Part shown: positions 36,821 to 46,616 of the stretch, one piece after another
How positions within the stretch are numbered: the stretch's first letter is position 1
Layout of the letters: the number at the start of each line of letters is the position of its first letter
From: Octopus bimaculoides
Lineage: Eukaryota
Length of the DNA: 46,616 nucleotides
Direction: 5' to 3'
Assembly: GCF_001194135.2 (NCBI RefSeq)
Contig: NC_068993.1
Coordinates: forward strand, 59,950,596 to 59,997,211
Notes under the pieces: model-generated
Databases searched by the model: none
What the model saw: the letters and a program-made list of their open reading frames with translations, nothing else
Told to the model about the DNA's origin: nothing
Made by a program: the position numbers and the translations under genes

Positions 36821-37012
36821 GGCACAAGGCCTGAGATTTGTGGGGAGGCGTTAAGTCGAACCCAGTACTCCACTGGTACTTAATTTATCGACCCCCGGAA
36901 GGTTGAAAGCAAAGTCGACCTCGGTGGAATTTGAACTCAGAACGTAAAGACGGACGTAACGCCGCTAAGCATTATTCCCGGTGTGCTAACGATTCTCCCA
37001 GCTCGCTGCCTT
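36821..37012 (-). mobile_element. SINE family C copy, near full-length
   Basis: ggcacaaggcc...actggtacttaatttatcgaccccc...gtcgacctcggtggaatttgaactcagaacgtaaagacggac...ccagctcgctgcctt. Confidence 0.9.
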
Positions 37013-37266
37013 AATGTACGTTTGGATATAAGAATGAATGTGCAGATGTTTATTTTAAATATAAACTACTTATATGGGTAGTTTGTACATATGTGTTTGG
37101 ATTGGATTGGCTATGCTCACTGCAGAACGAAGGCCTCTGCATGCTCTCGCCATGAACCAGTCTGATTTGAGGCTGAGGATTTTGAGCTTGAAATCCTAAT
37201 GGTTGGATGAGCCCACTTTGCCACATTGACTCGATATGGATCGGCAGAAGAATTCAGTTTTTATAC

Positions 37267-37430
37267 TCGATTACATCGACCTCAGTGCTAAACCACTACT
37301 TATTTTATCGACCCTGAAAGGATGAAAGATAAAGTCAGCCTCGGCAGAATTTGAACTCAGAACTTACAGACAGACGAAATGCAGATAAGTATTTTGCTCG
37401 GAGTGCTATCGACTCTGCCAGCTCGCCATC
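37267..37430 (-). mobile_element. SINE family C copy
   Basis: tcgattacatcgacctcagt...ttttatcgaccctgaaaggatgaaag...aatttgaactcagaac...tgccagctcgcc. Confidence 0.9.
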
Positions 37431-38934
37431 ATATATGTGATTCCGTACATATAGTTTGTAAGAGATTTTTATCATAAAAAAATACATCAAAGGATGAAAT
37501 ATGCAAGAGGAAAAATAAACAAATAAAAAAAAAGCATAAAATTAGTTTTCAATGAAGTGAATAAATTATTTACAAAGTTTCAATGGAGACCAACTTTCCC
37601 AATTACTCTCGAGTCATTGAATTCTAAATTAAAAAGAAAGTGTTTAGCATCTGCCAATGGTAAACCGTGTCACTCAAGAGAAATAACCTATGGTATATAC
37701 AATTAATAATCGAAGAACAACACTGAATAAATTAACAGGAACATATTTTTAATTATTCTGTTGAATCCTACAATCTCCAATTGCACGGTGTATTGCGTGC
37801 TACATAAAGTTTTCAGAAATTTGTATTGATATCTGGAAAACAGTATATCTGTCGAGGTTTCACACCCCTGATGCAAAATTATGTAATATCTAAATATCTA
37901 TTTCTTGTTTCCTTTCTAGCGTTCTATCTATCACTCTCACTACCTTTCTATGTGTGGTTGTGTATATAGATATAGACGCACACATACTCATACACGTATA
38001 TATATATATATATATATATATATANNNNNNNNNNNNNNNNNNNNNNNNNNNNNNNNNNNNNNNNNNNNNNNNNNNNNNNNNNNNNNNNNNNNNNNNNNNN
38101 NNNNNNNNNNNNNNNNNNNNNNNNNNNNNNNNNNNNNNNNNNNNNNNNNNNNNNNNNNNNNNNNNNNNNNNNNNNNNNNNNNNNNNNNNNNNNNNNNNNN
38201 NNNNNNNNNNNNNNNNNNNNNNNNNNNNNNNNNNNNNNNNNNNNNNNNNNNNNNNNNNNNNNNNNNNNNNNNNNNNNNNNNNNNNNNNNNNNNNNNNNNN
38301 NNNNNNNNNNNNNNNNNNNNNNNNNNNNNNNNNNNNNNNNNNNNNNNTCGGCGTTCCGTTTGACCAATGTATAGAGAAGAACAGAGAAAGCAGGAGATAC
38401 AATAGATGACATTGCTGGAAGTGCAGGTAAATGAGTCGGTGATGTGATATGAGTGGTGGTGGGTGCCGATAAGAATAGTGGTGTTGGAGATGTAGGATCA
38501 GTTGCGACAGCATCAGCGAGACCATGGGAAGGAGGCAAGTTGTGTGTCAGGAGTGGGAAGAAACTACAGACCTGGGGTCACGCACATTATGGGCGCGTTC
38601 GAAGGAGAGAAGGAGTGGGCTGCAGGAGATGTAGGAGGTGGAGGGGTGGGATGAAAGGGTGGTAGGTGAGGGGAAAAGGATGGCGGGTTTGGAATGAGCG
38701 CAGAGTCATGGTCAACGGATCATACAAGGATGAGCAAAATATATTAGAATGGAATCAAGAACGCGCAAGTTCTTCAGTTCAAGAAAGCAAATGTTCCGTG
38801 TGTTCAAACTTTATTTCTTCTAGCACAAAGATAATGAAAGGCATTTTTAACGGAACACTTTGATTTATTACTCGCACACATAAAAAATATATATATTTAG
38901 GATTCTGTTTTTGATAAAAGAAGAAGGGATTCCA

Positions 38935-39080
38935 TTGTATTGATCCCAGTACTTGACCGATACTTTATCGGTCCCCAAAAGAATGAAAAGCTATGTTGAC
39001 CTTTATGTGATTTGAACTCACAGGTGTTGGAATGAAAACGAAAAATATTTTTTCGACAGTGCTGTCAATCCACCGCTCTT
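38935..39080 (-). mobile_element. SINE family C, degraded copy
   Basis: ttgatcccagtacttgaccgatactttatcggtcccc...gatttgaactcac. Confidence 0.65.
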
Positions 39081-39440
39081 ACGTATTCGTAATACGATTC
39101 CATTCTCTTTATTTAAGACAATAAGACTAACAAGGTTAATTTCGTCTTTCATTTGTCTAAGGTCTCTAAAATAAAGCAACGGTCAAATTCTATGATTAAT
39201 ATAACCACTCGTTCTCTTCCAAACGCCTACATTTTTGGCATTAAACTTGTCATAAAACACTAGTGACAAATATATCTTTGCAAAACTCGATACTGAAATA
39301 TTTTAATATTCACAGTTTCTGTTCAAGAACGCAGACAATTGAAATATTCCATTTTCAAACTAAATTCCTTCAACAAGCTGACAGGCGAATCCTGTCATCA
39401 CGCAAATGGTAAAATACTTCGATTTTAATTTTTAAACGTG

Positions 39441-39469
<29 letters not shown>

Positions 39470-39471
<2 letters not shown>

Positions 39472-39781
39472 GTCCTTGTGTGAGTGTATGTGCTCTTCTG
39501 TAAGTGTATGCATCTGTTCTTGTGTGAGTGTATGTATGTGTTCTTGTGTGAGTGTATGCATGTGTTCTTTTATGAGTGTATGCATGTTCTTGTGTGAGTG
39601 TATGTGTTCTGTGAGTGTATGTATGCGTTCTTGTGTGAGTGTATGTGTTCTTGTGTGAGTGTATGCATGCGTTTTCCTGTGAGTGTATGTATGTGTTCTT
39701 GTGTGAGTGCATGCATGTGTTCTTGTGTGAGTGTATGCATGTTCTTTAGTGAGTGTATGTATCTGTACTTGTGTGAGTGTA
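39470..39781. repeat. Approximately 20-24-bp minisatellite, consensus TGTGTTCTTGTGTGAGTGTATGCA, about 14 copies
   Basis: Units read directly; source of the HTLTQEH-repeat ORFs. Confidence 0.92.
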
Positions 39782-40018
39782 TTATGAGTTCTTCTATGTC
39801 GTTGAGTAAACCCTTAATTCGTGTGTTCTTTGACAATCGTCAAGCAGGGTCAGCGTGGTGGTTTCTGTCTTCCCAAGTTAGAATACTTTCCGGGGATGGA
39901 ACTCTGGATCATATTATGTAGAAGTGAGCTTCTCAGCCATTCACTCAATCAGCATCTTTACATGAGCATGAGAGATTGTGTATGTATTCATGTGTGAAGT
40001 GTATATGTATTGCATTGT

Positions 40019-40205
40019 TACAAGGTCAGCAATTTAGGGTGAAGGGCGAAGTCGATTACATCGATCCTCGTACTCTGCTGGTACATCCGAAAGGATGAAA
40101 GGCAAAGTCTACCCCGGCGGAATTTGAACTAAGAACGTAAAGGCGGACGAAATACCGCTAAGTATTTCTTCCGGCACACTAACACTTCTGCTTGCTCCTA
40201 GCCTT
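40019..40205 (-). mobile_element. SINE family C copy
   Basis: acaaggtcagcaattt...aagtcgattacatcga...ccgaaaggatgaaaggcaaagtc...ggcggaatttgaact...gcggacgaaataccgctaag...gcctt. Confidence 0.9.
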
Positions 40206-40584
40206 ATATATATGTCTTTTATATTCACAATTTAACAGCATCGTTCCGTTAAAGTGGTAAATTCACAGTTCGCTTGCATCCGGTAGTTTTCGGAGCATTT
40301 CGAGTGCATAACTCATAAAAATACACCTACGTATCCGAAAAAAATCTAATGCTTTTTTGCTATAGACTATATTTTGTTTCGTATACCATCTTGTTAATAT
40401 TTTCTAATATTGTGGAAATGAAGAGAAGAGACATAATTTTATTATTTATTAATACCAAAGTGAATTCTTTTTGATTAAAATTTCAAGTTTTTAGCAATAA
40501 TTATATTTCTAGCACTTAAAGCGGTGAAAACCCATTTTAGCCATTCAAAAACAAACATAAGAAAATAATTCTTTCTACCATCAG

Positions 40585-40680
40585 CAAAAGTTCTTCCGAA
40601 ATGATGAAAGGCAAAACTTGACTTTGGCATTATTTGAACTCAGAACGGAAAGCCAGTAGTAATGCCGCAGAACACTTTGT
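40585..40680 (-). mobile_element. SINE family C, degraded fragment
   Basis: ccgaaatgatgaaaggcaaaacttgac...atttgaactcagaacgg. Confidence 0.7.
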
Positions 40681-41174
40681 ATTTTTCAATTATCGAAGCA
40701 AGTCTTCCACGCAATAATTGCTTTAGTTTAATAGACATAATTTCAGTTCAAATCACTCGCCAGATAAATACAACTTTCAAATTATATTTTTAGCTTTTGT
40801 TTTTGTTTTNNNNNNNNNNNNNNNNNNNNNNNNNNNNNNNNNNNNNNNNNNNNNNNNNNNNNNNNNNNNNNNNNNNNNNNNNNNNNNNNNNNNNNNNNNN
40901 NNNNNNNNNNNNNNNGAACGTATGTACGTGTATCCGATCATTTCAGCATAGGGTGACGTTTAGTTGAGACACGTCAATTCTTTTCTCTCTAGTCTTTTCT
41001 CTACTCATTTATCCTTTCCGTAGAAGAACGTATCCTCGAAACATTAAAGACTTCTTCCAATTTTCCTGAACCTCAACATAAAAAAAATCCTGTTTCTGTG
41101 TTCCATTTTTAACTCGTCTACGTGGTTTTTTAAAAAAAACTTTTGTAAGATAAAACATATATATGCATATGTGA

Positions 41175-41257
<83 letters not shown>

Positions 41258-41282
41258 TATACATGCATATGTTTGTTTTTGT

Positions 41283-41375
41283 GCCTGACAACCGATGTTG
41301 GCCAGCCGAATAACTACCAGTCTTTTAAAGAATACATACTTGGCTCGGTTTCTTCGACCAAACCCTTCGAAGTAA
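41283..41375 (+). mobile_element. SINE family B, 3' fragment with internal deletion
   Basis: tgacaaccgatgttgg...aaagaata...ttcttcgaccaaa resembles tgacaacttatattgg...acaaagaataagtcc of the 11123 copy. Confidence 0.45.
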
Positions 41376-42029
41376 TGTACGTCTGGTCAAAATATTTCAG
41401 CTAGAAGATCAGTAATCCAGCGTCTTCTAACTTTGTTTATCCTAAAGGAGACTTAATCGTGTATATTGAATAACCTCTGGGAGTAATGTTCTTGTTTATT
41501 CCTAAAAATATATCAAGGCCATGCTATTGACATGTTTTGAAATCATATTAGCATCTAACATAACTGACCGTTATAACGATTCGACATTCTATTAAAGTTG
41601 TTACAGGGATATATTTGGAAATATTTTCGAGGAATGGAATTTTAGAAGGGTTAAGATACTCTTAGCAACTGATCAAAAGTGCGTACATTATCTCTGTGGG
41701 TATCATTTCCAGGAGTTGAATGGATACTTTCAGAATTTCAATCGAATTTAAAGGGTAAAAGTATCGGAATACGTTTCCATAATTGACAATTGTGTGCAGG
41801 TGAAGGTGCACGCACTACGGGTACTTCTGAGGTCGATAATTGATGTTTGAGAAGATTTTGGAGACCTATGATGGAGATTGGTTGGAGAGAGAAGGGCGGT
41901 GGCACTTTTTATGTCCTCTGAGATTGATGTGAAGAAGAATGGGAGTTATTCTCAAGTTAGAGACCTGTGCCAAATATTTGCAGCGGAGGGAATCCAGTAA
42001 AAGGTGACAGATGCCTTATCAATTCTGCC

Positions 42030-42175
42030 AATCCACCACTTGGGCTGGTACTTTATCATATTAACCACGAGAGAATGAAAAGTGAAACGGACTTGGTGGA
42101 ATTTGAACTCAGAATGCAGTGAAACAAGCAGGGCAAATCATTTTGGACTACGCACTTACGACTTAGCTAATTTGC
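42030..42175 (-). mobile_element. SINE family C, degraded copy
   Basis: ctggtactttatc...gaatgaaaagtgaaacggacttggtggaatttgaactcagaatg. Confidence 0.7.
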
Positions 42176-42494
42176 TGTCTTGTATAAAAAAAAAAAATTT
42201 AAAAAAAGGAATCGAATATAGTTTCTTCATTTGCTGGAATTTCATATGTAAATTAGTAACAAGTTAAATTTTGTAAATCAAGTAAAACCCTTTTCGGAAG
42301 CGACTGTCATTTGAGAGGGAGAGGAATCCTAATATTTTTTACTGGGTTTGATGCTGGACTTCCTACAATCGCTGTGGGAAGTAAACATCTTTCAGTTGTT
42401 GAAGATATTTGATTTTCTGTATCGTTGAAGTTAGCAGTGGAAAAACAAATTCTCAAAAAGTCTGTGTTATTAAGAAAACTAATCATGAAGCTGT

Positions 42495-42815
42495 TTAGTA
42501 TTGGTCTGATAAACCAGAAATAACAGCCAAATTTCCTTCAAATAACACTTCACCGTCTTAAAGATAAAACAGAAACACAAATTTGATAATGCTGTTCAAG
42601 ATGTATGTCTGATACACGAGACCGGATGATCACGTGTGGAACGCCTTTGATAGTAATTTCGATTGATCAGATCTTCCCTGAGATAAAACGATACCAATTT
42701 GTATCGCTACGATCTGCTGATGAAGAATCTAGGTACATGCCCTGCTAAAAATAACTGTCAAATCTTCCTCATACTATATCCTATTGTCTTCAATAAAGGA
42801 TAAATCGAATCTACA
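42495..42815 (+). mobile_element. SINE-like family D, one full copy followed by the start of a second
   Basis: agaaataacagccaaatttccttcaaataacacttcaccgtcttaaag...ggaacgcctttgat...ccctgagataaaac is followed by ccctgctaaaaataactgtcaaatcttcctc. Confidence 0.6.
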
Positions 42816-43676
42816 AAGTAGACTTGATGGTTCTGGTTGGAAGGACTTTGATGAAATGGAGTTAACCTGACAGACTTAGTTTTATTACAAATATAATCAG
42901 CTACAATACAAAACATGCACCCATCTTAGATTATGTTACTAAAACAAAATGTAGACAATAGATCGCCTATCACTTTTCTCTGACAGTCTGAGCATTAAGC
43001 CGTACTCACAACTCTTATAAATACTTATGTTGTTCCAATATGCAGCTCAGGAATATGTTTTCTTAAAGTTATTTAATAATTTGATGTAAGCAGGATTAGT
43101 TCCATTAGTTCCACAGTTAAGTTTATTTCAGCAAGGTTGAAATCATTAAAACTTATGTTCAGCATATTCCTGCAAATATACTTTCTCCTAGACTAACAAT
43201 TTATAAAGTGCTTATTGTCCATTAACCATCTCTAGTCTGGACAGAAATGTTAACTGAAATGCAAAACAATAACAATAAGAAGAAATAAACTCAGGAGATT
43301 TCTGATCGCCAAACTATTCTCATTTTCGTCATTCCTTACAGTTTCAGACTTTGAATATTGTCTCTTACTCTTCAGAAAAGAAAAGAAAAATATTTACTAT
43401 TTTGTTAATGTCACAAAAATTTACAAGCTTTTGAGAGAACGTAAAATGATTCATTTATGGAACATTGAATCTCGAAGTACATAAAGCTATAAATATTAGT
43501 ATGTAAATATTGAGTTTAAAAACTCTTCCGGAGATGTAAGTTCGTATTCCACGGGCAGCCTTCAATTTTTCAAAAAAAAAAAAAAAAAATACCCTCGAGA
43601 TCCAGTGATCTAAAAACATATTCTTATAATATTTGTGGGTAATTTTGATCAAATATCTTGAAGCTATTAAATAAAC

Positions 43677-43819
43677 GTCTTAAGGATTCAGCGTTTGATT
43701 CTTAAGACCCAAAAACGTTTCTATGAATGGCAAAAAGGATTGAATTAAATTAAATTTTCCAAGCTTGAAGTACGAATATTGTCATTCGCCTCGAAGGGAA
43801 TTGACAATTCCTCTAAGGC
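43677..43819. other. Two imperfect palindromes/hairpins
   Basis: GTCTTAAG...CTTAAGAC (43677-43708) and GCCT..GGAATTG-A-CAATTCC..AGGC (43788-43819). Confidence 0.6.
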
Positions 43820-43979
43820 GTAGAGTAAAGAAAAAGATCAATTCAGTTATCCGGAAGTTTGTGGTAGGAGCTTGATTTTCAAATGAATTTCGAACAAGAA
43901 CAAGCTATCTGAATTAAAGAATGACCGTAATATAATTTTCATCTCACTGTTGACACGTGACTACATATTTTTTACTAAT

Positions 43980-44090
43980 GAAAAGTCGATTAAAATTTAT
44001 CCAGTCTGTGACTGGAAATTACTTTATTTACCATCATAAAGTTTTGAACTCAGAACGTAAAAGTGACAAACGCAGAGCGTAAAGTCTTTT
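43980..44090 (-). mobile_element. SINE family C, old degraded copy
   Basis: aagtcgattaaa...ttttgaactcagaacgtaaaag. Confidence 0.6.
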
Positions 44091-44393
44091 TTTAGACGGT
44101 CTTCAGTTTCCATCATCCATCGACTTCATCATAATTCGACCTTGGTGGTTATTAATACAGAACGTAATGCAAATATAAAAATGATTTTTAATTTAGACAA
44201 AAGACCAATCCAAAATTTGATTGAAAATGTAAGGTCGATTATTTCAAGTCCAATTTTTAGCTAACATTTAATTTATTTTTTCAATTGCATTCAATTTCAG
44301 AATGTACAAGGAGATATTTGTATCCCTCAAGTAATTTTATTGGATGTTCTACCAGTTCTGTGTCACTCAGTGCTCCTAGAAATCTATTAAATA

Positions 44394-44448
44394 CAGTAAT
44401 CCTTCGTCATATCGCGGTTCACCTATCGCGGTTCACCTATCGCGGTTT
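44394..44448 (+). mobile_element. pogo/Tigger-like terminal inverted repeat (one end only)
   Basis: TA|CAGTAATCCTTCGTCA followed by TATCGCGGTTCACC x2 plus a partial third unit; resembles CAGT...CCTCG..TATCGCGG termini of Tigger/pogo elements. No partner TIR is visible. Confidence 0.5.
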
Positions 44449-44495
44449 ATTATTTAAGCTTACGTCAATTCCTCCGTGGTGTTGTTTTGCATTTA

Positions 44496-44744
44496 TCTAT
44501 ATATAGATAAAAATGAGAATGTGTGTGTGTGTGAATCCTTAAAACTCCAGAACTACACAACCAATTTCAATCAAATTTTACACATGCCTTACTTAGGGTC
44601 CCGGTTGTGTTTTAGTCAAAACAATTTTTAACTTCTTGCATAGTTAGAACCCGCAGCGACATAATATCTCCTCCACTATTTAAGTATTACGTGTCAGAAG
44701 TGAAACAAAAACACTCATGTCAAATACTTTCACTTTAAAAATGA
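44496..44744 (+). mobile_element. Non-autonomous Helitron-like element, 5' part
   Basis: A|TCTATATATAGATAAAAATGAGAAT-(GT)n-...AACTACACAACCAATTTCAATCAAATTTTACAC: a TC start, a short microsatellite and an AACC.ATTT...AAATTT block, the layout typical of invertebrate non-autonomous Helitrons. The 3' CTRR end is not seen. Confidence 0.45.
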
Positions 44745-44985
44745 AACTGCTGTACTCTTCCACCACAACTTTCTTTCACTCTTACTTCCTGTTTCTGTTG
44801 TGCCTGTAATTCAAAGGGTCAGCCTTGTCACACTGTGTCACGCTGAATATTTCCGAGAACTACGTTAAGGGTACACATGTCTGTGGAGTGCTCAGCCACT
44901 TGCACGTTAATTTCACGAGCAGGCTGTTCTGTTGATCGGATCAACTGGAACCTTTGACGTCGTAAGCGACGGAGTGCCAACAACA
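44745..44985 (+). mobile_element. SINE family A, 5'-truncated copy
   Basis: ctgctgtactcttccaccacaactttc...gacggagtgccaacaacaa is colinear with the 3' 240 bp of the copies at 6966 and 21458. Confidence 0.92.
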
Positions 44986-45267
44986 AAACTAAATAATATT
45001 AATCTCACACCAGTTGGAGNNNNNNNNNNNNNNNNNNNNNNNNNNNNNNNNNNNNNNNNNNNNNNNNNNNNNNNNNNNNNNNNNNNNNNNNNNNNNNNNN
45101 NNNNNNNNNNNNNNNNNNNNNNNNNNNNNNNNNNNNNNNNNNNNNNNNNNNNNNNNNNNNNNNNNNNNNNNNNNNNNNNNNNNNNNNNNNNNNNNNNNNN
45201 NNNNNNNNNNNNNNNNNNNNNNNNNNNNNNNNNNNNNNNNNNNNNNNNNNNNNNNNNNNNNNNNNNN

Positions 45268-45341
<74 letters not shown>

Positions 45342-45345
45342 TGTA
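45268..45345. repeat. (TG)n microsatellite beside a gap
   Basis: Directly visible. Confidence 0.95.
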
Positions 45346-45772
45346 GATAGATCGGTAGCTAAATTTGCTGAAAGAGGTGAAGAAGAGATGGAGACAGAGA
45401 CTTTGTAAAATCTAAAAGAGGAAAAAAGTTATAAAAATAGAAAGAAAGACGGGAAGCAACAGACGGAAAACGAGATATGTCGTTAAGACAAATATTCTGC
45501 AAACAACAAAACAAAACAAACAAACAATTCCGGTGTTATTTTCTTTATTTCGTCTGTCTTCCTCTTAGTAATTATCATGCTGCTTGATGCTGTTAGATCT
45601 ATTAATATTATCACCATCATCATTAGCGTCATCATCATCGTCATTATCTTTATTGTCATTATCATTATTTTCATTATCATTGAAGATTTTTCATGTTTTT
45701 TTTGCTAACTTATCATTCAATTTCCATTTTCATACTGGAATGGTGCAATATGATATCGCATATATATATATA

Positions 45773-45773
<1 letters not shown>

Positions 45774-45830
<57 letters not shown>

Positions 45831-46125
45831 NNNNNNNNNNNNNNNNNNNNNNNNNNNNNNNNNNNNNNNNNNNNNNNNNNNNNNNNNNNNNNNNNNNNNN
45901 NNNNNNNNNNNNNNNNNNNNNNNNNNNNNNNNNNNNNNNNNNNNNNNNNNNNNNNNNNNNNNNNNNNNNNNNNNNNNNNNNNNNNNNNNNNNNNNNNNNN
46001 NNNNNNNNNNNNNNNNNNNNNNNNNNNNNNNNNNNNNNNNNNNNNNNCGTATGTATGCATACATATTCATATATTTATATATATGTATGTATGTATATAT
46101 ATATGTATGTATGCATACATATCCA

Positions 46126-46206
<81 letters not shown>

Positions 46207-46216
46207 ATGTATGTAT
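45774..46216. repeat. (TG)n/(TA)n/(TATG)n microsatellites around a gap
   Basis: Directly visible. Confidence 0.92.
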
Positions 46217-46616
46217 AGAACGAAAGTAAACCGAGACAATTTCACGTAATTTCAGAAGAAATAAAACAAACAAATAAGACGAAAACAATTTAAATACAAT
46301 GCCTCCGTAGTTGATGTTGTTGTTGCTATTGTTGTTGGTCTTGTTCTCATTTGTGGAGGTAGTGTAGTGTGATGTTGATGCTCTTTGTAATTTTTATTTA
46401 TTCTTGTAGACAAGCTTAATAGTTTGCATTGGTGATAGTGGTCATGGTAGTTGAGATGGTGGTACTGGTAGTGAAGGTGGCTGTGGTATTAGTAATGAAG
46501 GTGGTGGTGGTGGTACGTTGGTTTCATTCGTGGGATTGTGGGTTGTGGTCGCGGCTGAAGTACTTCCTGGAGCAGTTGCACTTTTGTTCTATATATATAT
46601 ATATATATATATATAT

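Noticed and set aside
39470-39781. CRISPR-like array or repeat-protein gene
   Set aside because: The units are contiguous with no unique spacers, the context is eukaryotic with no cas genes, and the repeat ORFs arise from the 24-bp period.
40249-40532. TTAAAGTGGTAAA and TTAAAGCGGTGAA, resembling Kolobok-type TTAA|AG termini
   Set aside because: The two are in direct rather than inverted orientation and no matching right end was found.

Overview
AT-rich eukaryotic (animal) genomic DNA from a gappy draft assembly, with 14 N-gaps, most of them beside (TA)n or (CA/TG)n arrays. The extreme microsatellite density and the tRNA-derived SINE families resemble Octopus; this comes from recognising the families, not from a search. 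I cannot identify a host protein-coding gene. Nearly all ORFs in the supplied track are translations of microsatellites or N-runs. Supported content: (i) at least four dispersed SINE-like families, called A-D here; (ii) a decayed DD37D (maT-type) Tc1/mariner transposase at 15.4-16.5 kb; (iii) the 3' end of an R4/Dong/Rex6-type non-LTR retrotransposon with its restriction-like endonuclease domain at 19.2-19.5 kb, directly abutting a (TAA)n array; (iv) a decayed RTE-like LINE 3' end at 7.7-8.1 kb; (v) a probable nested pogo-TIR/Helitron-like/SINE stack at 44.4-45.0 kb. The most interesting unexplained signals are a decayed minimal type I hammerhead-ribozyme fold at 25364-25409, a CTCF/YY1-like motif cluster at 24.0-24.3 kb, a strong one-strand bias of SINE family C, and a few orphan splice-bounded segments that may be exons of an unrecognised transcript. 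I found no convincing evidence of a wholly new multi-gene system.
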